A stretch of DNA of 64,000 nucleotides, taken from contig CM119270.1 in the NCBI GenBank assembly GCA_051294375.1, forward strand, positions 11,201,626 through 11,265,625. Reading direction: 5' to 3'. The notes beneath the pieces are model-generated. The model made no database searches, was not told where the DNA came from, and was given only the letters and a program-made list of their open reading frames with translations. Position numbers and translations under genes: made by a program. Position 1 is the stretch's first letter. Each line of letters opens with the position of its first letter. The DNA is from Paraspadella gotoi (taxonomy: Eukaryota; Animalia; Chaetognatha). Of this stretch, positions 47,097 to 60,516 are shown in pieces.

Positions 47097-50000
47097 TCAA
47101 TCTTTTTTCTTGATCTTCTGCTTGGGATTGGCTAAGACGTGCCACTGCGCCACCGGCCGTCCCTGCGTCTCCAGACAGTCGAGCCAGTGCTGCCGTGCCC
47201 TCCCGGCTGCGTGGGGCCCAAAGTGGATTCGACCCACGGTGATGGGCAGGCCGATTGCGGAAGTGTGGACAACGGAGAGGGTGAGTTGCACGTTGCGGAT
47301 GTGCTCGGGGGAGACCTGTGAGTTGTGGAGCATTGGAAAAAGTTCAAAACGTTTTATCGACTTAGTTTTTGTATTATTATTAATTTGCATACTTCGAAAT
47401 TAATCATTTCATTGTAGTAGGGATTCATTGTATTTCTTTTCGTCGATGTATTTTCTTTCTTTACTTTCTTTCCGTCGAGTTTCAACGTCGCCTGAATGCA
47501 ATTTACATTTTTGAAAAATTTTAAATAATATTGATAATTTTCAATGTTAAACTAATTGGAAAGCTTAGCTTAATACGTTATTGCAACTGGTCAAATCCTA
47601 ATATCTTCGCAAACATAGCGACGACTCAGTTACTTCAATAAAACTTGATCATGGATCATGGATCATGGATCATTCATCCCACTTTCTCTAATCTCGTCTC
47701 AACAATCAAAGAACAACTTTATCTCAATACGAAAACCCTTTCGACGCTGTGTTCTTTCACCAACGTCTCGAGCACACCTTGACCATGGGATCGATCTTCA
47801 CGGATTCCTCGTCGAAGATTTCCGACTCCCCCTGATCATCATCATCGTCATCATCCAGCTTCTTCCTTCCTCCGCCTTTCGACGTCGGGTCTGGCGGAAG
47901 CTCCGCCGCCTCCAAGATACAGATGGTGAGACGAGAGACGACGGGAGTGTATTGGATGGAGAGGCAGAGGAGACCGAACTCGAACCGATTGGAGCTGGAG
48001 GTTAGGAGGGTTTGGGCGGGCGGATAAGTTTTAAGAGTGGCGTTAAAGTTTATTAGTAAAATTTCGTCGGATTTCAAAAAAAAATTATAATTGCTACTCT
48101 TGGACTGTTTAGGAGAAAAGAGTGATACCAACTGGCAGCGGACCCTTAGTGACCGCCTCCTTTATCTGGCACATCAAATCCTTCTCCAAGAAAGAGAAAC
48201 AAAAAAGCAGACCACACATTTCCCACAGTCACACCCACCCTAAGGCCTTCTCATTGACTTCCTTGAACCGATGCCATTCCTCCACCGGTTTATCCAGATC
48301 GTATTTCGCGAGGTCGATGAGGATTTCGCCAATGGGTGGATTCTTCGCGTGATGCGATCAAAGTGCCACGCTTGAAACTTCAGTTGCCGAGTGGCCAATT
48401 TGCTCACAGAATGAAACGTGAATTCCTGCAGGGTTTTGTGGGGAAGATTTAGTCGATTTCAACTTAGAAAGCACACTCCGAGAAACCTCTTGTGCATGAG
48501 GCAAATGTGGGATGCTTTTTGAATGAATCGAAGTAAACCTTTTTTAAGCCTTGGCCTCGAACCCGAGAGCTCAGGGTTCCAAGAATGGTTTATGTCAGAG
48601 GACTCTCTGATGCAACGAAATCTTATGCATGTTCCCGCGTCACTCCTTATACCTCCTGAAACATTGGGTCGTGGTTTTGCTTCATGACTTTTGTTTCATA
48701 AACGATGTTTTTGGGCAGCAAAGCGACGGTGATGTAGGGATCGGGGACGCCGCTGTTGCACTGACCCATAGGATTTAGTTCGATGGCTGAAATATGTAAA
48801 TAACGAAGGTTGTAACTTGTAATTAGACTTCCCAACAATTTATGAAAAATTATGATTCACTGATGATCTAAGTAATGTGAAAAAAAAAATTTGGATATAG
48901 ATTTCAGTTTAAAAAAAAACAAAAAACTGAGCGTAGTGCGAAATTTATAATAGATGTATGAACATTTTAAATAACAATTTCAGAATCATAAGCAAAAAAT
49001 TAAATTTTGAAACTACAGTTATAAAATTAAAGTAGTTTTGCCAAAGCCTCCAAACCTTGAATAATGTTGACGATGAGGTCGGGACTCTTCTTCCCACTCG
49101 TTCTCATCGAGAATTGAAGTCGACCAAAGTTGACCTTCGCTTCGACACTCTCGTCGCCGTCGGCCGAGAGGAGGCCCGATTCCAAGATGGCGTTTTCCGG
49201 TATGCGGTACAGGTTGGGTTGAACCTTAGTTAGGTGATGCGAGTTAGATTATAAACTACATAAATGATGTCTAAGGAATAATTTCTCTATCTTTTTAAAA
49301 CGGGCTATCCTTTTCTTTTTTTTTCTTCTTAATCTCTTTTCAACCTAGTAATCTATATGACGCCTGAATTTTCTTAATTATCTTCTAAGCTCTCATAAAT
49401 TTTCCTTGGGGAAAGTTAGGAAATCCATTTATAACATTTTTTTATCCTCACCATCTCTTGAATGGTCGTGCCCACAAGAGGAATCGAGTCGAAAGCCGTC
49501 TTCGGATTCTTGGTGCTCTTGAACGCGGGCGCCTCTTTAGGGTCCAGGTATTCGTACTCTTTCTTTTCCTTCACCCGCTTCTTCTTCTTTTCCTTCTTCT
49601 TGCCGCAACATTTCCTGCAGATGCAAAAGCAGCAACAGCAGAGCAACAGGAGGACGAGGACGCAGGCGCCGATGAAGAGACCGAGAGCGAGGTTGAAGTC
49701 GAGAGGGAGAGTCTGTCGGGTTTTGATAAAGGAAAGAAATAAATAAAAAAGAAAGAAAGGCGAAAAAAAGTAGGAAAAAATGAGAGGAGGAAAATGTCAG
49801 ATTGTGGTAGCAGGAGGAGAACAGAATGGAAAATAATGTATTATGGCAAAGGCAAAGGACCTGCGGTGACTACCCCATGTCACTGGCGCGGTTATGCCGA
49901 CACCATCACACTTTAACCAGCGTAGCCCTGAAGGGAACTGAACCTGGAACTAACGGTTGGTGAACGAACGCTCAGCTGTCTTAGCCAATGGGACGTACCG

Positions 50001-50944
50001 AGTTTTGCCAAGCTACGGGAGGCGAATTTAGGATTCGCCAGAATATCACGTCCTTCAGTATCACGTCCTTCAGTATGCTAAGGCGCTCCAGGCCTTTCCA
50101 GTCTGGCGCTCTAGCTTTTCCCAAAGCTAACACGCTTTTAAAATGCCCAAATAAGGGAATGTCTGGCTTTTCCCAAAGCTCACACGCTTATAAAATTCCC
50201 AAATAAGGAAATATTTAGCTTTCCCTAAGGCTATATTTTGCTTTCCCAAAAGCTAATTTTGTTTCCAAAAAGTTACTCTTGTTTTGAAAATTTCCTAATT
50301 TTTTATATATCTAAAATGCCCAAATAAGGCAATCGTTTGCTTTTGCAAAAGCTAATACATTTTAAGGAAGTTTTTATATTTTCCAAAAGCAACCAAATAA
50401 TTAATAGTATTTTATAAATAGCAAGAAAATTAATACTTAACGTTAATATTTTAACATAATATATATTTTAATCTTTTCTACGCTAATAATTTATCTATTT
50501 AACATAAAAAAGTCGTCCCCTACTTTTTTATTACAATTAATAAAGAATTTATCACTGAAGCTTTGATTAACATAAAAAAAATATTAAATTTTTTTGCTTC
50601 TCGAAACGATAAAAAAAAAGAATTTATTTTGTGTTCACAAATTTGTTGAGGTTCATTAATATTTACAATTACGTTCACCCCTTCTTTCATCGACTCGCCT
50701 TGAGAAATCCGAAGAGCAGATCTTTGAACCAACAGACGTATGTGACTATTTGAAGGAGGATGTCATTTCCCGGCGCCGGACCGAGACATGTGACGGTGGA
50801 GTTGCCGGAAGAGGGGGACGACGTTGATGTCGACCTCGTCGCTTGGGTGGTCGACGCTTTTGATGATTTTCCGGAGACAGACGACGACGATGACGTCGAA
50901 GACGCCGTAGTGGTCGACCCTCCGGCTTTACTCGTACTACTCAT
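47097..50944 (-). CDS. Synaptotagmin-like protein (TM + tandem C2A/C2B), ~509 aa; 2-nt frameshift in this assembly
   Basis: Exons 50944-50699 (GC donor), 49712-49452, 49224-49056, 48786-48653, 48425-48239, 47994-47778, 47491-47393, 47315-47097. S/T-rich N-terminus, TM followed by CCCCFCICRKCCGKKK. C2A: GRLQFS..PDPYITV..YETKVMKQNHDPMFQEEF. C2B: TMNPYYNE and terminal RPVAQWHVL. The frame breaks at 48346-48349. Confidence 0.88.
49856..49998 (-). mobile_element. tRNA-derived SINE-like fragment
   Basis: The minus strand shows A-box-like TGGCTAAGACAG and B-box-like GGTTCAGTTCCC at tRNA-like spacing, but no intact cloverleaf. Confidence 0.4.
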
Positions 50945-51403
50945 TGTTTTCGCGTTATGAAGTCATTTTTAACGTCGGCTTCATCCTTCCGACCGAGTTC
51001 ACGTGTAGTACGTATTCACGCAGAATTCTGTGGGTAATTTGTGAATGGATTTACGAAAGGATTATGCTGCGTGATAGAAAGCAAGATTTTATTTGATCAT
51101 TTAAAGATATGTGTCGATATAATAGGAAAAATGTATTTTTCATGAATTAATTATGTATAATAGAGCGATTTTTTGGAATAAACGGTTTTCAAAACAAAAC
51201 AAAAAATGTATTGTATTGTACTACCGAAAAAAAATTTTGGAAAAAAAACATACTGATACGTATTTCAGAGAGGGGATATTAACATTTCATTGTACACTTT
51301 AATCGATCCGGGTATTCGAGATTTTGCTTAAATTCGGAAGGCGGAACCTCAAAAAAAAAAAAAAATCGCGATTTCAAGGGCGAGAGCCAGTGTGTAATAT
51401 TAA

Positions 51404-51479
<76 letters not shown>

Positions 51480-52047
51480 TGCCTCCCGAAAAGGCGAAAA
51501 AAAGGGCATAACTGTACAAAATAGGGCGATACTTCAAAGCTCGCCACAAAATCTTTATTACGATTTGTACCCGTGGATTTTTCTTTCGCGTCGTTTTAAA
51601 CCTTTAAAATGAAAAGAAAAGGTAAGGATTTGGATAACCGGTTAAGGCAAAGTCAGTTGCGTAATGAACGGAGCGATTGACGAAGATAACAGCGACGACG
51701 ACGACAACGACGATGAAGACGATGAAGAAAAATTAGTCGATGATGATGAAGAAAGACTTTATAAGACGTCAAAGATAAAAAAAAGGAAAAGAAAGATGTA
51801 AACGCCGACAAAGAAGACATCAATCGTAACTGTTGAAGACGACGAAAATGACTTTGACGAAGAAGATGACATCTGGGGTCAAATGTCAAAAAAGCGAAAT
51901 CAATATACTAGAGAAAAAGAAATAAATCCAGTCAGTCTGTTATAATTCATGTCTAAAGATACCTACTCAGCTGATCAACTTAAATTCTCCTTTAAACTAC
52001 ATTTAAATAGAACTTACCATATAATACCATCATAACAATAAGAATAA

Positions 52048-52291
52048 GGGAGTGGTCTTTTCATACAATTGAAATAGTCTTTGAATATTATACCACTTCA
52101 TTGATAGGGAAGCCAGGTACTCTGGGAGTGAATAAACGAGACTGTGAGAGAGTCTTGATTGAAAGCTTGCAGGGACCTGCTATGTCATTATCTTGTAAGA
52201 GTGATGAACCACCAAAGCCTGTCCAAAGTCAGGGGCAAGATAGCTTATTTATTAAATGAATGGATAATTTTTATATTGGTTGTACCAATTT
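52048..52291 (-). repeat. Dispersed repeat family A copy
   Basis: Reverse complement of the 41537 and 61133 copies. Confidence 0.8.
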
Positions 52292-54991
52292 TGTATAATA
52301 AAAATAATAGTTGCAATTAAAATAATGTTTGGAAAGCACGAATTCTTGAAATAGATTTTGCTAAATTCTCGAATCAAGTTTCCGATAAAATCAATAAACC
52401 GTATCTTCATTAGTTGACGCAGGATCGTCAGCGTTGCGTAAGTAAATCAGGGGATTTAATGACTTAGATCCATTGCCAAGGCCCAAGGCTAAAAAAAAAT
52501 TCTCAGCTCCAAGGTTACGCAATACGTATACACTTTTTTAGCTTTTTTTATCAGACGAGAGAGCCTCTATTTGTGAAGCAAAGTTTGACCATCATAATGA
52601 AAATTTGCAAATTACTTGTTTCACTATTTTCTATTTTTATATTTTATGAAGGATTTAGTATTTAATCTATATTATTTAAACAAATATATATTGCTTTCTT
52701 TTTTAAAAATGTTTTATTTATCTAATAATTTAATTTCTGGAAATAGAGGGAGCATCTATACAACACAAGGTTAGATTACTATCTGTCCTAGTTTTCTAAT
52801 AGATATCACACATCATTTCTGTTAGAAAGTCATTAATGAAAAAATCATAATATCTAAAAGGCTAAACAGAAAGGGGTGGGAATATGACAAATTATCATAG
52901 AACGAAGTTTTCACTGCTTTGGCAAAGACAATGTGTAAAGGACGTTGAAGGAAAAACTCATGTTTGTCACACTGTCACGTTACCACCCTTCGTTTCTCAC
53001 CTCCCTCTAAAGATCGCGACGTATGTTCCAAAACGTCAACTCTATCATTTTAGTAGTTATCTGGCCATCTCATTATGAAAATTGAAAAATTACTTGTTTC
53101 ACTATTTTAAGTCTTAAATTTTATAATATTTATTAAAATCATATAATACAAATTCTGTATTTTTTAACTGTATGTAACTTGCAATCAATTGCAACCAGTC
53201 TGTGATTTTTTCCCATTCAAACTTTAAAGACGATCTTATAATTACAGTTTTTAAATCGCTCTGTATGAAAGTTCGTTTTAGTGAAATTCATTTTAGTATA
53301 TTTCTAAAAGGCATAACATTTTTACGTTTGGTAGAAGGGTCTATTTTTACTCTGTTCAACTTTAAACCACAATTATTTGTCTTTGATGAGAATTAATTTA
53401 ACTCTTAGGCCTCGATGGGTTCTCTGGTTATAAGATAAGCACATAAATAGCACATAAATAAAATATTTTCTGATATAACATTTTCAAACATCACATAAAA
53501 AAAATCATTTAATTTTCTTCCATCGTTCTCTTATCCAAAATATGAGAAATCTATATCTTCAAGTGAAAAATAAATTATTATGAAATTGATACAATCAAAA
53601 TGAAAATTATCCATCCATTTCATCTATCTATTCATTTCTATCTTGCCCCTGTCTTTGGACAGGATATCGTAGGTTAAGGACTAAGCATACACATTATTAT
53701 TACTAGTCTTTTTATCATCTTTAAATTTATCATTTATCAATCTCCTAATCTATCAGCCACTTAATAATTTTATGGGTTTTGGGCCTGGTCGTAGCTTATA
53801 TACTTAAGGCCATATCACTACGGATACTTTCCTGATGATTTCATGCCGGGTGTAATTTTGGGATTAAAAGGCAGCAATAACAAATTCAAAGTAGAGTTAA
53901 TAAGAAATTCAAACAAAAAAAAGAAACATATTGTTTTATTTGTCTTAAGAATATAAAAAGAAAAAAAATTGAATCAAAAATTGCCTTTTTTAATTAAGAA
54001 AAATATTTTATTTACTTAGGTAATTTGAGTGACACTTTGCTCAGTTGATCAGGCAAGTTCACCCTTTACCCTCAAGATTATAACATACTGGCAGGCTCCT
54101 CCAAGTTTTCTATCTAGACTCTCACAGTCTAGTTTTTTGTTTTATATAAAATATAGTTATTTATAATCATTATCATTATTATATTAATAATAAATACATA
54201 CGTAATAATTACGAAAATGCCAATAGACCGTTACATAATCAGACTCGATTGTTTCCTGTCAAAATTAAACCGGTTTCAGATTTACTTAAAACACTGCAAA
54301 ACTGGTTAATGAGGATCTAAATTTCCAACGCTGATTTTTTTTTCTCGGGAGTTTATGTAGACAATTAAAATGAAGACGGTAAAAGAGTTATTTTAACTGA
54401 GACAAGGAACAATATATTATCTCATATTTCTGATTATAATAAATGAGTAGGTGCGCTTACTTACCCAGTTAAAGGTTGAATAGTTTTAATTGAGAATTTC
54501 GTTTAGTTTTTCTTCTTTGAATTAGAATATGACTTATGACAGTTCTTTGATGACTACATGATTAAAGTTATTTTTACGTTGTAAATCTTATCTGCAAGAA
54601 ACAAGACAAAGATATTCATTTTTTTTATTCGCTCTTGTATTATGAAATAATAAGAGAGAATGTAAGAACAAAGTCTACGATATCAATCAAAATTGTCTAT
54701 TACTACGACTACTAATAAATGAAAATAAAATTTAACAGCGAAAACATTCCACCGACGAACTTCTTAAAAATATACGAATTGAATAAACAGCATCAACAGT
54801 TCCCTGTTGTTATAATAACGCTTTCACTTTTACTTTTTACACGGTTTTACGAGATCTGAGAAAGCAATGAACCGGGGCTCGACGAGGAAAAACCTGGGGA
54901 TCTCTTTTTGATTGTCGATAGAAAGAAATAAGAAGCAAGCACTTTGCACTTTTAGCTATCAGAAGATCAGCTATCATCGATCAGTTTTCGT

Positions 54992-55203
54992 TTAGTTCTT
55001 GTCTAGTTTGCACTGAGCTTTCTCTGGCTTATCACAGAGTTTTGTGACTGCGTTAAAGTGAAGGCTCTTTGGACACTCGTACGATTTGTGGCTGTTGACG
55101 TCGCATTTGATGAATTTCCCGCAATTGTCCGGATCCGGAATCGTCTCGCCAGCTTTGCATTTCGCCTAAAGATATTGATGTCATTTTATTGATAAATAAA
55201 AAG

Positions 55204-55293
<90 letters not shown>

Positions 55294-58200
55294 AACAAGA
55301 TCAATCTCCCATCGGCTCACAATCGGTTCGCATTTGACGTTGACCAGCCAGTCGCAGATTCGCTTGTAAGGATTGAAGTAGAGCCCGTCGGGACAGTTAC
55401 CAAGCAGGAAGTGGGCATCGTGCTTGCCCACGTTCATGCAAATTAGAAACTTGGAACAGTCTTTCCGGTAGGGTATCTGTTCGTGATTGACAGTGCATTC
55501 GGTCAGGTTGACCCCGTACTCCGTCTCGATCTGAAATTCGGAATGATATGATGTCGTTTTTTAATGTTGTTATTGTTGTTATTGTTGTTCTCGAGAAATC
55601 TACCTTGTAAGAGTGCGACATCACCCAAGCGGAGTGCATCTGCTTGGTGAGGCAGTTGGCGTAGTGCTGCCAATCGCAGATCCTCTTGGACGGGTTGAAG
55701 TGGAAGGGAACGGCGCAATTCTCGACGACAGCCTCGAAAGTCTGGGATCCTTTGGCGACGCAGATGAGGAATAAGTGGCAGAACTCGGGGTGTTCGAGGA
55801 TGTCGCCGTGTTGCCAGCAGAGGCGAAGGCAACCGTGCCTAGAGTGGCAGAATGGACAAAAAAATAAATAGATGATTTTCAATTATAAAGATTTCAAGCC
55901 TTCATCAGCACTGATGAAGGCTTGAATCTCAAGTAACTAATAGATATCATACATCATTCCTGTTGGAATATCATTAATGAGAAACTCATAATATTTAAGG
56001 GGACCCAGTGATAAAAATGATATCATAAGCTTAAGGGTCTATCATCAAAGGAATTTGAATGGTGATAGTCATTAATTTTTCTTTACACGGGAAAGTGGCA
56101 AAAAAATTCTTATCTCTTATTGTAGCAGAAACAAAAATTTAATAATTATGAAAAAAAAATTTAGTTGACCCTACCTAAATATTTATATAATCCATTATTT
56201 TATTTTTGCATTAGAAAGTATTTTTTAATAAATTCCAATTTTTTATTTCTTACTGTACAAAGCTATAATTTTAGGTTTAAGCCTCATTGAACAAAGGCTT
56301 TACAAGACTAATATTTTTATATTTTTATATTTACTTAAAAGCAGACAAATCAAACCTAAATTCTATTCTTACAGAAACAAAACTGTAATAATTATTAATT
56401 AATATTCATATTCATCCCTTAAATGTATAATTAAACTATATTGATTCCTAATTATAACAATTAAAAATTTAGCAAAAGTATAGAATCTTTCTCTTCTTTT
56501 TATATTTATATTACTTCATTTTTTATTTTTTCATATATTATTAACAGAATCATTTGAAAAGAAAGTTTAAATAAAATCAGTCGATACCTTAAATTTTGAT
56601 TCATTCCTAGTTTTTTTTCTTATAAATTTTTGTGATAAAAGCTGAAAATCTTTTTAAAATTAGATCTTACCCTTTTTTAGAAAAAAAATTTTAAACTTGA
56701 AAAAGATTTTCTTCTTACTGATTTTTTAAAGAAAATTAAGCTCGCTGATTTTATCGAATTTTTTAACTACTTTCCCAAATGATTATAGAAGAAAAAATTA
56801 TATGATCAGAACCAGCTTAAGTTAAAGGGTCAAACGTTATGTTTTCAGCTTTTTGCACCCCCTGTTCACTTGGTCCCCTTAAAAGGCTGAACAAAAAGGC
56901 GGGGGGAATAGATAATTTTTTGTAGGATATATGATTAATCTATTATTAGGGATAAAAGTAGCTAGTAGAATCGTATGTTTTGATAGTGATAGGAAATTAG
57001 TGATACAATTTCAACAACTTTTACCTGTTCCTCTTTAATTGAAAACCCAATTTGCATGTGCAAAAATACGAGCCGATGGTATTGGTGCAATTGTGTTCAC
57101 AACCTCCGTTGTTGATATTGCATTCATTGACATCTTCGCATGTTTTGCCATCTGTGCCGACGGTGTAACCCGGGCGGCAAACGACGCATTTGGATGGGTT
57201 TCGTTTGCATTCGTCGTCGGTCAAGCACGAGTGGAGATTTGGACCCAAACTGGGGAAAAAGCCAATCAGAAAGTTGCTTAATGTTTAGGAATTTGCAAAT
57301 TCTCTGCAGTGATTCAGTTTAAAATTGTCTAAAATATGGCCTGTGGATAATAGCGTTTAGCATAGGATCACAAAAATTTTAATTAAAACTTTTAACATTC
57401 TTTGCATAATGCTTAACTTTAAACGTACAAAAATCAGATTCTGATTCCGTGTAAAAAGTTTAATAAAAAAATGTGAAGAATATACGCTAAACAATCAATA
57501 GTAAGAAGGTAAAGTGGGTTAAAGGTCAGAAACCTGACCTTGGTTAAGGTCAGTTTTCTTATCGCGGTTGTTGTTGTTGTTGTTATCGCCGCAATGTTGA
57601 GGAAAATTCGTATGCTTTCGGCATCAAAATATTTTAAAAACCTCAATATAACCTTAACCTTAATATAACCTCATAAAAATCAAATATCAAACTACTTTTA
57701 CTGTCTCTTCACCTTATAGAATAACGTTTTGATTGTTTTTATGCCTATAAAAGTTTTATAATGCTTTCTTGCAAATCTGAATCTGTAATTAAGACAAAAA
57801 GAGAGAGAAAAAAGTTACGAACAAAGAAATTAATTGTGTTAAGACAAAAAGAGAGAGAAAAAAAAGTTACGAGCAAAGAAATGAATTTTGCTAAGACAAA
57901 AAGAGAGAGAAAAAAGTTACGAACAAAGAAATGAATTGAGTCGAAACATGTCTGTTTTTTGTCAAAAAATCGTTGTTTGCAATAAATAAAACTTTGCTTT
58001 ATCTTAATCATTAACGCAACGAAATGAAAATCCAAATACAAGAATTGGTAATTAAAAATTGAAAATATAAACTTTAAAATTCATCAATTTAACCATAAAG
58101 AAATATAATTTGTTATGTTGTTCCGGTATAAATTAAATTTTTTTTTTATTATAAACGGTTAGGTGGACAATAATTGTTTTCCTAACGATGTAAAATTGAA

Positions 58201-58569
58201 AGATTAACAAAAAATTTAAAATGATTAATCCCATTTTGTTCGCCGTTTAACTCGACCACCTCCGCTTTTATTTCGGTTCCACTGCGTCACCTGTATCCCG
58301 GATTGCAACTGCATTCGTAGGACCCGATTGTGTTGGTGCAAATGTGATCGCAATTTGCGTTTTTGACCAAACATTCGTTGGCGTCCACGCAAGAGTGGAG
58401 GTTGGCGCTGAGCTCGTAACCCTTGAAGCAAGAGCACTCGTAGGCGCCACGTGTGTTTGTACAAATATGCTCGCAACCCGCGTTCTGGTTCTTGCACTCA
58501 TCGATATCTGCAGGACATTTATTATTATTATTATTTTTATATATTATTATTAATTAATTAATTAATAAT

Positions 58570-58656
<87 letters not shown>

Positions 58657-60132
58657 TTTGATTAGATTAAAATAAATTAAATCTATTTTTAATCAAGTTC
58701 ACCATTCCTTACCCTTATCACATAGCCTTCCCGTCCAACCCTGAGCGCAGATGCAGCGAAAGGAGAGTTTGTCTTCGATGCAGGTGGCGCCGTTTTTGCA
58801 AGGGAAGAAGGAACAGACTGCAGATAACGATGCTTGGTATCAGACATTGAATCTTCAAAACATGTTTTAATCCTTCTTTATAATCACAACAGGGGCATTT
58901 AAAAACAAGTATTTCAACAGTTCCTCACAGTCCTAAATTTAACTTGAAGATAAGAAATATTTTTTTTCTCACCAGTGACCTCGATGCAAACTTCTTTGAG
59001 TAGGTCATTGACCTTTTTCCCGAGCTCAACGTAATCCGCGGCTTTGATGACGCGATCCACGTCTCCGGTGATGTTGTACAAACCTACCCAGGGTAAGTTC
59101 CTTCTTTTAATTACGTTTGCATGTTTAAGAGACAGACATAATTATAGATTTTAACGGCACACATGAATTTCATTAATCTACCGATTCCTTTATCACTACA
59201 CACAAAACATATTCGATGGCTTTTTTTACCAAAGTCACTGACGGCGCGACCAATTCCGATGGCCCAAACTTTGGCCCCCAACTCTTGCCACTTCTTTCTC
59301 GCTCGTGGGAGATCCTCGCGATCTAAGGCCTCCCCATCGGTCAACACGAGTAAAACCTAGAGGAAGAATTTGAAGATCAACTTGAGAACAGTAGAAGATC
59401 TACTATTATTGTTGTCATTTGTTATTAAACCTTGCGCAATAAAAAATAAAACAATTTTCCCTGAAGATATCAAAAAATGAAATAGTTTTTGTATCTGCCT
59501 TGCCTTCGTTGTGTTTATGTCTCCCCTCATGTTTGACTTGTACTCATCGTAAGCAATGTTCATCGCCATAGCAGTGAAAGTTCCGCCTCCAGTGTAAACC
59601 GTCTTCTTAATCTTTGCCTGCACTTCCGCTTTGCTGGCGAAACTGTGGGCAGGATAAGCAATTATTTAGTAACGTTAGACAAACTGATGCTTTTCGTATG
59701 ACCATTCATCAGTCAGTAGTTTTTCAATTCGGTCTGTATCCACGGCGTCACTCTTATTTTTAAAGAGAGATACGAGGGACCTGGTGAGATTGAACTCCTG
59801 CTGCATCAGGAATTCGCTGCTGTAGCGAAAAAATGCCATCCGGACTTTTTCGATTCCGATGTTTAGTTCTCCCACAAAATTGTCCGCCACGTCCTGTAAA
59901 GAATGGACAGGAACTTAGATAAAAATTTTATAAGTTAACAATTCTTAGTTAATCTAATAACTTTAATTATCTTCAACAATAACTTTAATTTAATTTTCCC
60001 GAAAAATTTAACTTAACGTTAATCTAACGTAGCAATTAAAAATTTTAACAACATGGGTAACAATTTTAATCAATTTGTGTTCGAAAAATTTTTTGTTCTC
60101 AGTTAGAATTCTTGATGTTGGGCACGACGACT

Positions 60133-60198
<66 letters not shown>

Positions 60199-60516
60199 GT
60201 GCTCTGAAGAAAATACTGAAGTATGAGAATAACGACAACGACAACGACCAAGACTCACATTGAGCATTTTTTGAAAGTTCTCTGGTCCGACGCTGTAAGA
60301 GGCATCGACCAGAATCTGTATGTCCATCTTCTTGAGCCGAAAGCACGACCGAACCAATCCCGAGGCTACGGCAGAAGGTTATTAATTATAAGATATTTAA
60401 TTATTATGAACGATTCAAAATAAGGAAAACACAGAAAGAAACGCTTTACTACCTGTTTGAGTCGCGATCAAAAGAAAGAAAAAAGCCGCTGTCCATCGCG
60501 TTATTAAACACGCCAT
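54992..60516 (-). CDS. Secreted vWA + EGF-repeat + triple chitin-binding (CBM14/ChtBD2) protein (608 aa)
   Basis: 12 phase-consistent exons: 60516-60453, 60365-60259, 59893-59781, 59642-59504 (GC donor), 59356-59230, 59083-58973, 58817-58713, 58507-58291, 57249-57025, 55838-55604, 55530-55321, 55165-54992 (1827 nt). Signal peptide MACLITRWTAAFFFLLIATQTASG. vWA with MIDAS DASYS..GGGTFT..LTDGE. One EGF, three Ca-binding EGFs (DIDEC, DANEC, DVNEC) and one 4-Cys EGF. Three ChtBD2 repeats (CAVPFHFNPSKRICDW, CPDGLYFNPYKRICDW, CPKSLHFNAVTKLCD). Confidence 0.92.
55999..56878. mobile_element. 880-bp non-autonomous DNA transposon with TTAA TSD (Kolobok-like)
   Basis: TTAA|GGGGACCCAGTGA...TCACTTGGTCCCC|TTAA. 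The flanks rejoin to match an uninterrupted sequence at 52797-52884. Confidence 0.85.
57790..57938 (+). repeat. ~51-bp tandem repeat, 3 copies, intronic
   Basis: TAAGACAAAAAGAGAGAGAAAAAAGTTACGA at 57790, 57840 and 57892. Confidence 0.8.
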
